Part shown: positions 21,368 to 31,247 of the stretch, piece after piece
Position numbering within the stretch: position 1 is the first letter of the stretch
How the letters are laid out: every line of letters starts with the position of its first letter
Assembly (NCBI GenBank): GCA_937127245.1
Contig: CAKZLU010000034.1
Location: 12,605-76,604, forward strand
Direction: 5' to 3'
Origin: an uncultured Actinomycetes bacterium
GTDB taxonomy: Bacteria; Actinomycetota; Geothermincolia; Fen-727; JACVIW01
Length of the DNA stretch: 64,000 bases
The notes under the pieces: model-generated
Databases searched by the model: none
Told to the model about the DNA's origin: nothing
The model's input: the letters and a program-made list of their open reading frames with translations, nothing else
Translations under genes and position numbers: made by a program

Positions 21368-22432
21368 TCAAAGCCTGCCGACCAAGGAGTCAATCTCTTC
21401 CAACAGCCGCTCTATGACATCTGCGGTCGAAACCCTTGCCACCACTTTCCCTTTCTTGAACACGACCGCACCGCCTCTCACGCCGGCGACCCCTACATCG
21501 GCGTCTTTCGCCTCACCTGGACCATTCACCGAGCAACCCATCACCGCTACCTTTATGTTTGCCCGCACGCCTTCAAGACGGCGCTCCACAAGCTGGGCCA
21601 ACCTTATAACATCTATCTCCGCTCTCGCGCAGGTCGGGCAAGAAACCACGTCCACCACCCCACCCCTTAAACCGAGAGAAGACAAAATCTTTTTTCCCAC
21701 CCTGACTTCCTCAACTGGAGAGGCGGTTAGCGATACCCTTATGGTATCCCCTATTCCCATGTAGAGAAGCGCGCCTATCCCGACGGCGCTCTTAATAGTG
21801 CCCGAAAACAGCGTTCCCGCTTCCGTTACACCAACGTGAAGTGGCCAGTCTGTCTGGCTGGACACAAGGCAGTATGCCTCGATCGTTCTTGAAACATCCG
21901 AGGCTTTGACGGATATCTTTATGTTCTCAACCCCGCAATCCTCCAGTACCCTAACGCCCTCCAGAGCGCTTTTCACTAAAGCCTCGGCTTCAGGGTGCGA
22001 GGCCTTTCCCCTGTAACGCCTTTCGAGCGAGCCTGAGTTGACCCCAACCCTTACGGCAACCCCAGCCTTCGCAGCTTCATTTGCCACCCTTTCAAGATTT
22101 TTCCTTCCCCCGAGAGTCCCGGGATTGACTCTTATGCCAGCAACCCCGGCCGAGATAGAGGCTATCGCGAGTTTGTGGTCAAAGTGAATGTCAGCCACGA
22201 CCGGCAGGGAAGTGCTTTTGACTATCTTCCCAAGAGAAGACAATGCGTCCGAATCGGGAACGGCAACCCTCACTACATCACAGCCGACCTCCTCAAGCCT
22301 GCGTATCTGCCTGATGGTCGCCCTCGCGTTGGTGGTAGGCGTGTTCGTCATCGATTGAACGCTTATCGGCGCGCCCCCTCCCACAGGGAGGTTACCGAGC
22401 ATTATCCGTTTCGTTTTCTTCCTATACATCAT
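21368..22432 (-). CDS. ispG: 4-hydroxy-3-methylbut-2-en-1-yl diphosphate synthase
   Basis: VQSMTNT, ADIHF, RVGVNSGSL, HVGVTEAG, SCPTCAR, VMGCSVNGPGE. Confidence 0.97.
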   Translation of the reverse strand: MMYRKKTKRIMLGNLPVGGGAPISVQSMTNTPTTNARATIRQIRRLEEVGCDVVRVAVPDSDALSSLGKIVKSTSLPVVADIHFDHKLAIASISAGVAGIRVNPGTLGGRKNLERVANEAAKAGVAVRVGVNSGSLERRYRGKASHPEAEALVKSALEGVRVLEDCGVENIKISVKASDVSRTIEAYCLVSSQTDWPLHVGVTEAGTLFSGTIKSAVGIGALLYMGIGDTIRVSLTASPVEEVRVGKKILSSLGLRGGVVDVVSCPTCARAEIDVIRLAQLVERRLEGVRANIKVAVMGCSVNGPGEAKDADVGVAGVRGGAVVFKKGKVVARVSTADVIERLLEEIDSLVGRL

Positions 22433-22466
22433 TCAAAAACTTACATCCACTGTTTACTTACGCCAA

Positions 22467-23576
22467 TCAAGGAAGCGGAAGAGGTTCAGTTATATCAAGG
22501 ATAGCAAGCCTCAAGGCGATTACCGCAAGCACAGCTATCACCAGGATAGCCACTGGCGTCAATTTCCTCATGTCCACTTTCTTTTTGAAAATCTTTTCAA
22601 CGACTATCACTATGATATGCCCGCCATCCAGAGGCGGCAGGGGCATTAAGTTGAATATAGCCAGGAAGATGAGTATTTGACCGAGCATCGCAAGGAACTC
22701 CGCAAGCCCGTACCTCGCCGCTTGAGCCACAAGCTGCGCCGCCCCGACAATGCTTCTCGGACTTTCCGGAGTGCGCTCGGCTCTCCCTATAAGAATCTTG
22801 AATGTCTTCACGGAAAAAATCGAGCCGAAAGCCTTCACAAGGAGAACCGAAAGTTTGCCCGTGGTCTGAGCCGAATACACAACCGCCTTTAAAGGATTAG
22901 ACCTCCTCTTTATCGTGTCCTTCATATCCACCTTTATGCCGAGAACTCCTCTTCCGCCAACAGACAGGAGACTTACGGTCTTTTCAATTTCCTTTCCGTT
23001 CCTGACAATCTTCAGTTTCACGTTTTTCCCCGGCCTGGAGGCAAGCTCTCCAACAAGCTCGTCCCACTCTTCGGTCCTGACACCGTTCACGCTGACGACA
23101 TAATCGCCTTTCTTTAATCCAGCCGCGTAAGCGGGTGATGTGTATGTTTTACCTTCTGAAGTTTCGATTGTCTTTGTCACATCGCCCACTTTCGCTTTCG
23201 GTACAGGAACACCGATGGGCCAGTAAACCAGGTAGAAAAGAATCATCGCCAGAAGAACATGGGCGAAAGAGCCAGCAAGAACGACAATGGCTCGTTTCCA
23301 GTGTGGGACACCGTAGTAACTGTGGGGAAAATCCTCCTCGCTTACTTCCTCATCGGGATTCATCCCAAGAATCCTCACGCTGCCGCCGGCCAGAAACCAT
23401 TTCAGCGAATATCTGGTTCCACCCCTGTCCCAACCGGCTATCTCCGGACCGAAACCTATGGAAAACTGCTGGACCTTAATGCCGACCGCGCGAGCGGCGA
23501 GGTAATGCCCGAGTTCGTGAACAAGAATTATTATCGCGACCGCTATGATGCCGACGATTACCCAAATAACTATCAT
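22467..23576 (-). CDS. rseP: M50 intramembrane zinc metalloprotease with PDZ domain
   Basis: HELGH, FSIGFG, NLMPLPPLDGG; ATG at 23576 avoids overlap with dxr. Confidence 0.93.
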   Translation of the reverse strand: MIVIWVIVGIIAVAIIILVHELGHYLAARAVGIKVQQFSIGFGPEIAGWDRGGTRYSLKWFLAGGSVRILGMNPDEEVSEEDFPHSYYGVPHWKRAIVVLAGSFAHVLLAMILFYLVYWPIGVPVPKAKVGDVTKTIETSEGKTYTSPAYAAGLKKGDYVVSVNGVRTEEWDELVGELASRPGKNVKLKIVRNGKEIEKTVSLLSVGGRGVLGIKVDMKDTIKRRSNPLKAVVYSAQTTGKLSVLLVKAFGSIFSVKTFKILIGRAERTPESPRSIVGAAQLVAQAARYGLAEFLAMLGQILIFLAIFNLMPLPPLDGGHIIVIVVEKIFKKKVDMRKLTPVAILVIAVLAVIALRLAILDITEPLPLP

Positions 23577-23580
23577 CAAA

Positions 23581-24747
23581 TCACCCTTTACCGGCAAGCT
23601 TTTCGACAACCGCGCAGGCAGCAGATTGTGCCTGCGCATCCGCTTCCATTATCTCATCAACGCTCAGCCCGGGAAGAGGTTTGTGCTTTTCGAGGACACT
23701 TTCCACAATGAGCGGGATATCCGTGAACTTGATTCTCTCGTCCAAAAACGCCGTGACCGCGACCTCATCGGCGGCGTTCATCGCCGCGGGATAAGTCATC
23801 CCAGAAACACCGGCGTAACGCGCGAGACGAAGGCAGGGATACCTATTAGTGTCTATCGGCTCGAAAGTCAGACTGCCGTACTCCACAAGGGAAAGATACG
23901 AAGCCGGACAGGATTCTCTTTCAGGATATAGAAGGGCAAACTGAATCGGTATCCTCATGTCAGGAACGGACATCTGGGCGAGAACGGAACCATCCTTCAT
24001 TTCCACCATGGCGTGCACGACGCTCTCTCGATGGAGCGTGACATCGATTGACTCGTATGGAATTTCAAACAGGTAGTGAGCCTCTATTACCTCGAGCCCC
24101 TTATTCATCAGCGTCGCGGAATCAACTGTCACTTTTCTTCCCATGGACCATGTGGGATGAGAAAGTGCCTGGCTTACAGTTACCTTTTCCAGTTCATCCA
24201 AACTTAAATCGCGAAAAGCGCCCCCGCTCGCGGTGAGAATCAGCCTCCTTATGTCCTCGCTATTCTCGCCCCTTATGCATTGAAAGAGACCGGAGTGCTC
24301 GCTGTCTACCGGTATGATCATCCTCCCACTTTTTCTGACCTGCTCCATCACGATATTCCCGGCGGTAACTAAAGCCTCTTTGTTGGCGAGCGCAACGTTT
24401 CTCCCCGATTTAAGAAGCCTCAAAGTGGGCATCAAGCCAGAAATTCCCACCAGCGAGTTTAGCGCTATATCAGCCGGCGCTTCATCTATCATGTCAATGA
24501 GCCCCCGCTCACCCGAGTAAAGCTCAATCCCCGCTTCCGAAAACGCGGATTTAAAAGCCAGCGCGCTTTGCTCATCGGCAAGGCATGCCCTTTCAACTCC
24601 GAGTTCGAGAGCCTGCCTCAGCAATATTTCCCCACTCGAATACGCGGAGATAGCACTAACTCTGATCCGATCAGGAAATCTTCTGGCAACCTCGACAGCC
24701 TGCGAGCCTATAGACCCGGTTGAGCCTAAAATGATTATTTGTCTCAA
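23581..24747 (-). CDS. dxr: 1-deoxy-D-xylulose 5-phosphate reductoisomerase
   Basis: LGSTGSIG, LANKE, PVDSEH, LTASGG, HPTWSMG, NKGLEVIEAH. Confidence 0.98.
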   Translation of the reverse strand: MRQIIILGSTGSIGSQAVEVARRFPDRIRVSAISAYSSGEILLRQALELGVERACLADEQSALAFKSAFSEAGIELYSGERGLIDMIDEAPADIALNSLVGISGLMPTLRLLKSGRNVALANKEALVTAGNIVMEQVRKSGRMIIPVDSEHSGLFQCIRGENSEDIRRLILTASGGAFRDLSLDELEKVTVSQALSHPTWSMGRKVTVDSATLMNKGLEVIEAHYLFEIPYESIDVTLHRESVVHAMVEMKDGSVLAQMSVPDMRIPIQFALLYPERESCPASYLSLVEYGSLTFEPIDTNRYPCLRLARYAGVSGMTYPAAMNAADEVAVTAFLDERIKFTDIPLIVESVLEKHKPLPGLSVDEIMEADAQAQSAACAVVEKLAGKG

Positions 24748-24789
24748 GGTAAAAACACCATCCCAGAGGAACTATAGGGTCTGGATACT

Positions 24790-25695
24790 TCATGGTTTGA
24801 TAACCATGAGATAAAGATAATAGAAGACTGCCGGAGCGGTGAATATGGTCGAGTCGAAACGGTCCATAATCCCGCCGTGCCCAGGAATAATGCTGCCGGT
24901 GTCTTTTACGCCAAAATCCCGTTTGATCATTGATTCCGCAAGATCGCCAGCGGGACCAAGCACGCACACCAAAACGCTTATGACAAGAGCGACTCCCGGG
25001 GAGAACCATGGGATTTTGTTCTTCCCCAGTATCGCTTGGATAAGGAGGCTCAACGGAACACAAGCCCCGAGCGCGCCCACAGTTCCTGCTATCAGTCCTT
25101 CCCAGCTCTTCTTCGGGCTCAGCACCGGAGCCATCTTATGTCTGCCAATTTTTCTCCCAACAGCCCAGGCAAGGATGTCAAAGATCCAGATAAGCACAAT
25201 CAGGAAAAGCACAAGCCACAAGCCGCCTTTCTTGTTGGGAGAAGCCGCATCCACGGCGTTCCTCAACAAAACAAGATGACTTAAACAAAATCCAGAAATC
25301 AAGGGCGCGATAACCGTCATCGAGACAGAAGCGGTGGGTCTTGCAACCCTTAATATAAGCATGAACCACAAAAAGGAGAAAAAGATAAGCGCGGCTGTTA
25401 TATATCCGAAACTTTCAAGCGGTCTTGCCTGGGCGAACGCAACGTAAGCGACCGAAACGGCTATGCCCAGAAGAGCGGCAACGGGTAAACCTATCCCTTT
25501 TTTCTCGAACATGCCGTATAGCTCTGCGGCTCCAACAGCGGAAAACAGAGAGATTCCCACGGTAAAGGGAATCTCGCCCCAGATGAGAGTTCCAAGAAAA
25601 ACCACGCCAAACAAGATGGCGCCAAAAACTCTTGTGGAGACAGGCGTTCTCTCATATTCGCCGCTTTCTTGGATCCTTGTTCTGGCAGGTGCCAA
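24790..25695 (-). CDS. cdsA: Phosphatidate cytidylyltransferase
   Basis: SPKKSWEG, GDLAESMIKRDFGVKD, PGHGGIMDRFDS. Confidence 0.95.
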   Translation of the reverse strand: MAPARTRIQESGEYERTPVSTRVFGAILFGVVFLGTLIWGEIPFTVGISLFSAVGAAELYGMFEKKGIGLPVAALLGIAVSVAYVAFAQARPLESFGYITAALIFFSFLWFMLILRVARPTASVSMTVIAPLISGFCLSHLVLLRNAVDAASPNKKGGLWLVLFLIVLIWIFDILAWAVGRKIGRHKMAPVLSPKKSWEGLIAGTVGALGACVPLSLLIQAILGKNKIPWFSPGVALVISVLVCVLGPAGDLAESMIKRDFGVKDTGSIIPGHGGIMDRFDSTIFTAPAVFYYLYLMVIKP

Positions 25696-26250
25696 TTAGA
25701 TCTCCATTATTTCTTCAATCTTTTTCTTCATCAGTTCATCTATTTCGCCTATGTATTTGTCCGTTAGTTTTTGCACTTCATCCATTCCTCGACGCAGATC
25801 GTCCTTGGTGCGCTCGCCCCTCTTCTCCTCCTCACGGAGTTTCTCGATTACGTCTCTTCTCACGTTCCTGATGGCGACGCGCCCCTCTTCGGCTCGAGCC
25901 CTGACAATTTTGGATATTTCCTTGCGCCTCTCCTCGGTAAGCGGTGGCACCGGCACCCTTATTACCTCACCGTCATTGGATGGCACAAACCCGAGATCCG
26001 ACTGAGTAATTGCTTTCTCAATCTCAGGGATGCTGTTCTTGTCGTAGGGATGTATCACAAGCAGCCTCGGTTCGGGCGCCGTAATGTTTGCGATCTGATT
26101 CATAGGCGTGGGAGTTCCGTAATAATTTACCGCAAAGCGCTCCAGAAGCGCTGGAGATGCCCTTCCCGTCCTCATAGAAGCAAATTCCTGGGCAGTCACC
26201 TCCACGGCTTTCTTGAATTTCCTTTCAGCCTCCTGGATCATTTCTTCCAT
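25696..26250 (-). CDS. frr: Ribosome recycling factor
   Basis: RTGRASP, YYGTPTP, PPLTEERRKE, IRNVRR. Confidence 0.98.
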   Translation of the reverse strand: MEEMIQEAERKFKKAVEVTAQEFASMRTGRASPALLERFAVNYYGTPTPMNQIANITAPEPRLLVIHPYDKNSIPEIEKAITQSDLGFVPSNDGEVIRVPVPPLTEERRKEISKIVRARAEEGRVAIRNVRRDVIEKLREEEKRGERTKDDLRRGMDEVQKLTDKYIGEIDELMKKKIEEIMEI

Positions 26251-26281
26251 TTTCTACCCCCGACAAACACCCAAAATGATG

Positions 26282-27058
26282 TCAACTATTAGAAGAGACC
26301 GTCGTCCCGACACGTTCACCCAGGATAATTCTCTTTAAATTTCCTTTCTCGAAAAGATTAAATACCACAATTGGCAACCTGTTATCCATGCAAAGGCTTA
26401 TGGCAGTCGCATCCATGACCTCGAGCTCCCTGTTCAAGACGTCCATATAGGTTAAACTCTCAAACATTTTTGCGTCGGGATATTTAACCGGGTCTTTATC
26501 GAAAACCCCGTCAACTTTCGTGGCTTTGAGAATGACTTCCGCCCCGATCTCGAGCGCGCGGAGGGCGGCAGCCGTATCGGTAGTGAAGTAGGGATTACCC
26601 GTTCCCGCCGCGAAGATAACCATCCTTCCTTTCTCCTGATGCCTGATAGCGCGTCGGCGTATATAGGGCTCAGCGATGCTTTGCATATTTATGGCTGTCT
26701 GGACCCTTGTGTTCACACCGGTCTTCTCTAAAGCGTCTTGAAGGGCAAGGGCATTTATGACAGTCGCGAGCATTCCCATGAAATCGGCGATTACCGGATC
26801 AATGCCTTTTGCGGTCCCCGCGCTGCCTCGAAATATGTTACCACCCCCGACTATGACAGCGAGGCGTACTCCCATTTTGTGGACTTCGGCGAGTTGGTCG
26901 GCGATCTGAAAGACGGTGTCTGTGTCAATCCCGTATCCTACGGAGGCATCCATGAACGCCTCTCCTGAGATTTTGAGCAAAACTCTCCGGTATTTTGGCG
27001 TAACCTGAGCGTTCAAACCTGAAGAGAAACCTTTGTCTTGATCCGCGCTCATCATCAA
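26282..27058 (-). CDS. pyrH: UMP kinase
   Basis: [32 protein letters not shown]. Confidence 0.98.
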   Translation of the reverse strand: MMMSADQDKGFSSGLNAQVTPKYRRVLLKISGEAFMDASVGYGIDTDTVFQIADQLAEVHKMGVRLAVIVGGGNIFRGSAGTAKGIDPVIADFMGMLATVINALALQDALEKTGVNTRVQTAINMQSIAEPYIRRRAIRHQEKGRMVIFAAGTGNPYFTTDTAAALRALEIGAEVILKATKVDGVFDKDPVKYPDAKMFESLTYMDVLNRELEVMDATAISLCMDNRLPIVVFNLFEKGNLKRIILGERVGTTVSSNS

Positions 27059-27078
27059 AACCTTCTATCGCACTAAAC

Positions 27079-27705
27079 TTAGGACTCGGGTTGCTCGGAA
27101 CTCTCTCCAACCTGATACCTGCAGAAACGCTTTACAACTATTTTCTCCCCGACTTTTGAGGATACCTGTGAAACCAGCTCGCCAACCGTTATCGCAGGGT
27201 CTTTAACAAAAGGTTGGTCGAGAAGGCATACTTCCTCGTAAAACTTTTCCAGCATGCCCTCAACTACTTGGTCCCAGACATTTTCGGGCTTACCATGACT
27301 GCGACAGTCATCGAGGTAAAATTCTTTTCTTGATTCGAGGACCTCTTCGGGAATATCCTCTCTGCTTAAATATCTGGGATTGAAAGCCGCTACATGCATG
27401 GCAATCTGATGGGCAAGCTCCAAAAATTCGCTGTTTCTCGCCACGAAGTCAGTTTCACAGTTGAGTTCAACCATGGCGCCGATCTGTCCGCCGATGTGTA
27501 TATAGGAATCAACTATACCCTGTTCCGTGGACCTCTCCTGCCTGCGCTTCACGCTTGCAAGCCCCTTTTCCCTGAGTATCTTTATTGCTTTATCGAAATC
27601 GCCGCAGGCCTCTTCAAGCGCACGCTTGCAATCCATCATTCCCGCGCCAGTCTTTTCTCTGAGCTCTTTTACTTCACTTGCGGTTACCCTTTTTTCATCA
27701 GACAT
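27079..27705 (-). CDS. tsf: Elongation factor Ts (short form, about 208 aa)
   Basis: VKELREKTGAGMMDCKRAL, ELNCETDFVA; ATG at 27705. Confidence 0.97.
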   Translation of the reverse strand: MSDEKRVTASEVKELREKTGAGMMDCKRALEEACGDFDKAIKILREKGLASVKRRQERSTEQGIVDSYIHIGGQIGAMVELNCETDFVARNSEFLELAHQIAMHVAAFNPRYLSREDIPEEVLESRKEFYLDDCRSHGKPENVWDQVVEGMLEKFYEEVCLLDQPFVKDPAITVGELVSQVSSKVGEKIVVKRFCRYQVGESSEQPES

Positions 27706-27773
27706 GAACTTTTTCACTCCTCCTCTATGAAATCCAAGATTCGAATCCCTATCAAAAAGCGATTGGCGACTTC

Positions 27774-27802
27774 AGGCTAAGAGCTATAAAGGGTAAGTGC
27801 AA
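27774..27802 (-). promoter_or_regulatory. Candidate internal sigma70 promoter for tsf
   Basis: TTGCAC-17 nt-TAGCCT in the rpsB-tsf spacer. Confidence 0.4.
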
Positions 27803-27857
27803 AACCCGCTTGAAAACCATCGTTGACTGAAATACTCGGAAAAATCCGCACCCGTTT

Positions 27858-27880
27858 AGGGACTTGTAGCGGTCCCTTTT
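27858..27880. terminator. Stem-loop just after the rpsB stop
   Basis: AGGGAC-8 nt-GTCCCT; the T-run is on the + strand, so it may be a stabiliser rather than an rpsB terminator. Confidence 0.35.
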
Positions 27881-27885
27881 CAAAA

Positions 27886-28836
27886 TCATTCATCCTCCGG
27901 GGAAGCGTCGGCGCTTCCTCCGGTAGACTCGGTTCCGGACTCCTCTTGCGTCCGGTCCGTCCCTTCACTCATCTCCTCGGGCTTTGAGCCTGTCTCAGGT
28001 TGGTACGTCTCAGCCGCAATCTCTGCCGCGCCGATGTCATCAGGCGAGGCGCTGTAGGCAGGCACTGCCGTAGAAAGCCTCCTGCGCGCCTCCTCCTGCT
28101 TCTCCTTCATCTCTTTCTCTGCCCCCGCGAGCTCCTCAGCAAGCCTCCTTTCTCGCAGAGCAAGCCCTTCCAAAACCGCATCCGCAATTATCCTGCAAAT
28201 GAGGTTCGCGGCTCTTATCGCGTCATCGTTTCCAGGAATGACGTAGTCAATCTCGTCGGGGTCGCAATTCGTGTCAACAAGACCGACTATGGGAATCTTG
28301 AGTTTTCTCGCCTCAGAAACAGCGATTCGCTCTTTGCGCGGGTCAATCACGAAGAGCATGTCCGGAAGCGCGAGCATTTTCCTGAGGCCCTCAAGATTCC
28401 CCTTTAGTTTCTCAATTTTGCGCCTTATCTGGAGGGCTTCCTTCTTGGGAAGAACGTCGAGTTCGCCTTCTGCGTCGCGCCTTTCCAGTTCCTCAAGATA
28501 TAGAACGCGCGAATGAATTGTGGCGAAATTTGTGAGCGTTCCCCCCAGCCACCGGCTGTTCACATAGGGCATACCGCACCTGGTAGCGTGCTCTTTTACT
28601 GCTTCTTGCGCCTGTTTCTTGGTTCCCACAAAAATTATCACGCCTCCGTCAGCCACTGTATCCCGCACAGCCTCGAAGGCGACGCCTATCATCACCAGAG
28701 TCTTTTGAAGATCGATGATGTAGATGTCGTTCCGCTCGGTGAAAACATATGGTTTCATTTTTGGGTTCCACCGGCGGGTTTGATGCCCGAAATGAACTCC
28801 TGCTTCGAGAAGTTCTTTCATAGTGACAACTGCCAT
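27886..28836 (-). CDS. rpsB: 30S ribosomal protein S2 with acidic C-terminal extension
   Basis: [45 protein letters not shown]; ATG at 28836 follows GGAGG. Confidence 0.98.
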   Translation of the reverse strand: MAVVTMKELLEAGVHFGHQTRRWNPKMKPYVFTERNDIYIIDLQKTLVMIGVAFEAVRDTVADGGVIIFVGTKKQAQEAVKEHATRCGMPYVNSRWLGGTLTNFATIHSRVLYLEELERRDAEGELDVLPKKEALQIRRKIEKLKGNLEGLRKMLALPDMLFVIDPRKERIAVSEARKLKIPIVGLVDTNCDPDEIDYVIPGNDDAIRAANLICRIIADAVLEGLALRERRLAEELAGAEKEMKEKQEEARRRLSTAVPAYSASPDDIGAAEIAAETYQPETGSKPEEMSEGTDRTQEESGTESTGGSADASPEDE

Positions 28837-28844
28837 ATCTCCTC

Positions 28845-28925
28845 CTTTATACGGTTGTTCCTCCCCCGGCCATGTTCCCCAGTTAAACATGGGGCACCGA
28901 TAGAGGGGGCCGGGGTGTGTATTCC
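28845..28925 (-). ncRNA. Probable rpsB (S2) autoregulatory leader
   Basis: Minus strand ACACAC..CCCCGGCC..GGTGC..hairpin..GGCCGGGGGAGG..AACC, resembling known rpsB leaders, with CCCCGGCC/GGCCGGGG pairing. Confidence 0.6.
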
Positions 28926-28952
28926 CCTGTCCTGGGCTTAAAAATCTTCACA

Positions 28953-28981
28953 AGTTTAATACAGCAAGTCACATCGCGCAA
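28953..28981 (-). promoter_or_regulatory. Candidate sigma70 promoter of rpsB
   Basis: TTGCGC-17 nt-TAAACT upstream of the leader. Confidence 0.55.
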
Positions 28982-29117
28982 CAAAGCGATACCACCCGTT
29001 TGTATAGGTAATAATCCCGGGAAGAAATTGGATTTTATCTTAAAAGAAAGGCGGGACGATGCTTAAAGACTAATTTCCGCGGAAGAAATACGCTAAATAT
29101 CCTATTGTTATGAGAAA

Positions 29118-29969
29118 TCAGTGAAGACCAAGCGCCGAGGCGAGTCTGGCTTTCAGGCGGAAAATGGCTCGAGTATGCAACTGGCAAACTCTTGATTCTG
29201 TTACGTTGAGCACCTCCCCTATTTCCCTCATGTTCAAACCTTCGTAATAATACAGCGAGATGACGAGCTTCTCCCTTTCGGGCAACCGATTTATTGCGTC
29301 AGCGATTATGTCTTTCATCTCCTCGAGCTCGAATCTTTCTGAGGGGTCGACCGCCTTGTCGTCCTCCACCATATCAGCGAGCGCTATTTTCTCCAGTTTA
29401 TCACCGCTTACGCTCCACAGTTCGTCGAGGGCAACAAGCGACATGACCGAAAATTTATTGAGCAAATCCTGGTATTCCTCAACCGAGATCCCGAGCTTAG
29501 CGGCCACTTCTTCATCCGTAGGGATTCTCTTTAGTTCATTTTCCAAAGCCGCGTAAGCTTTCTCCACCTCCTTTGCTTTATGCCTGATCGACCTCGGCAC
29601 CCAGTCATCCGCTCTGAGCTCGTCTATAATGGCACCCTTTATTCTCGCTATCGCATAAGTCTCGAACTTTATTCCCCTTGAGAGGTCAAATCTCTGGATG
29701 GCGTCGAGAAGACCGAAAATCCCGTAACTGACAAGGTCAGAGAACTCAACGGAGGGGGGGAGCCCAGAGGAAACACGAGCAGCAACCTGCTTGACGAGGG
29801 GAGCGTAATGAATGATTAACTTCTCTCGATTTTCACGGGTTGGGTTCTCCTTGTAAGAAAGCCAGAGCCGGTCGACCTCCTCGTCTTCCTTGAGCATGGC
29901 TTGAAATCGGCTGCTCCCGGAAATCTCCTCGTTTTTCCTTGGCGATTTATTCTTTTCCTCTTTCATCAA
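29118..29969 (-). CDS. whiG: FliA/WhiG family (sigma-28) RNA polymerase sigma factor
   Basis: LIIHYAPLVK, DLVSYGIFGL, KFETYAIARIKGAIIDELRADDWVPRS, VTESRVCQLH. Confidence 0.88.
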   Translation of the reverse strand: MMKEEKNKSPRKNEEISGSSRFQAMLKEDEEVDRLWLSYKENPTRENREKLIIHYAPLVKQVAARVSSGLPPSVEFSDLVSYGIFGLLDAIQRFDLSRGIKFETYAIARIKGAIIDELRADDWVPRSIRHKAKEVEKAYAALENELKRIPTDEEVAAKLGISVEEYQDLLNKFSVMSLVALDELWSVSGDKLEKIALADMVEDDKAVDPSERFELEEMKDIIADAINRLPEREKLVISLYYYEGLNMREIGEVLNVTESRVCQLHTRAIFRLKARLASALGLH

Positions 29970-29975
29970 ATCTCT

Positions 29976-30917
29976 TCAAGCCCTCGGGTGAGTCTTTTCG
30001 TACGTTTTCTTTATATCACTCCTTGAAAGATGCATATAGACCTGGGTGGTTGAAATGCTCTCATGCCCTAAGAGTTCCTGCACGGTCCTCAAGTCAGCGC
30101 CCCTGGAGAGCATATGGGTGGCAAAAGTATGTCTGAGCGTGTGCGGAGAAATGTTCCCCTTGGATGTCAAACCCTGCGACTCCCTCTCCACGATTCGGCG
30201 AACCTGCCTCTGATTGATTGGTTTTCCCTTAACTCCCAGAAAAACGACATCACCCGTGTAACCTGATTTTTTCACGAGAAGCGGTCTTACAACTTCCAAG
30301 TAACAAATAAGCGCATCCTTTGCTTTTTCACCAAAAATTACAACCCTCTCCTTGTTCCCTTTTCCATAAACCCTCATTGTGCACGCGACTAAATCGATGT
30401 CAGAAATTCTTAGCGCGCAGAGTTCACCAACCCTGATGCCTGTTCCGTAGAGAACCTCAATGATGGCGTGGTCCCTGATCTTTACGCCTTCCGCGCAAGC
30501 AGTACTCTCCGCAAAGCGTAAGGCTTCGATTTCGGAAAGAAAGCTTGGCGGTTTTCTGCCTCTAACCCTGAAAGACAGCGTGCTTGCAGGATTCGACTTC
30601 AATATGCCCGCATCGTATAGATAACGGTAGAAACTTTTGATGCTCGCGCACCTGCGGGCGATCGTGGATCGCGAGTGGCCCCTCGTGTCCTCGAACGCGA
30701 GAAAAGCCCTGAGAATCCTGTGGTCAACTTTCGCCAAATCGTCTATTTCCATCCTATCAAGAAAATCGAGGAAGTGCTCAAGGTCGTTTCTGTATGCCAG
30801 AACAGTATTTGGAGAAAGGCCTCTGACTTCCCTTAAATATCCAAGGAAGCTTTTCACGCTGTTTCCGGCAAGAGCTTTCACTGCCAACGCCACCCGCCAG
30901 CTTACGTCAAAATCCAC
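29976..30917 (-). CDS. xerC: Tyrosine recombinase XerC/XerD
   Basis: SAM-like N-domain (SPNTVLAYRNDL), GIRVGEL, GKGNKER, HTLRHTFATH, LGH..TTQVY; housekeeping context. Confidence 0.88.
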   Translation of the reverse strand: MDFDVSWRVALAVKALAGNSVKSFLGYLREVRGLSPNTVLAYRNDLEHFLDFLDRMEIDDLAKVDHRILRAFLAFEDTRGHSRSTIARRCASIKSFYRYLYDAGILKSNPASTLSFRVRGRKPPSFLSEIEALRFAESTACAEGVKIRDHAIIEVLYGTGIRVGELCALRISDIDLVACTMRVYGKGNKERVVIFGEKAKDALICYLEVVRPLLVKKSGYTGDVVFLGVKGKPINQRQVRRIVERESQGLTSKGNISPHTLRHTFATHMLSRGADLRTVQELLGHESISTTQVYMHLSRSDIKKTYEKTHPRA

Positions 30918-31049
30918 CTTAATCCCATAAATCCCATAGTTTAATATACTACTTTTTTCGAATCTTTCCCTTGATTTAATACGAGAGTCCGTATCTATGG
31001 ATAAGTTTGCGCGCGTAGTTCTTCAGACCAACACGTAAGAAACTTAAAC

Positions 31050-31247
31050 CTTGTTTTCGGGCAACCCTTCATGACATTTGGCGAAAAGAATTTCTGCCAA
31101 ACAAATATGCCTCTAATGATGTCCGTCCCTAACCCTTAGCCATCAGACAAAAGGCAGTCACGCGGCTCTTTGTTATTCAGTGCAAGAGCAGAAAGATACC
31201 TATGATAGGGGCATCCAAAAGACTATTCCCAGTTGCCTGAAAACAAG
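31050..31247 (+). ncRNA. Putative structured RNA (about 200 nt) abutting the repeat array
   Basis: CTTGTTTTCGGGCAAC (31050-31065) pairs with GTTGCCTGAAAACAAG (31232-31247): 16 bp with one G-U on the + strand; four internal hairpins. Confidence 0.5.
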
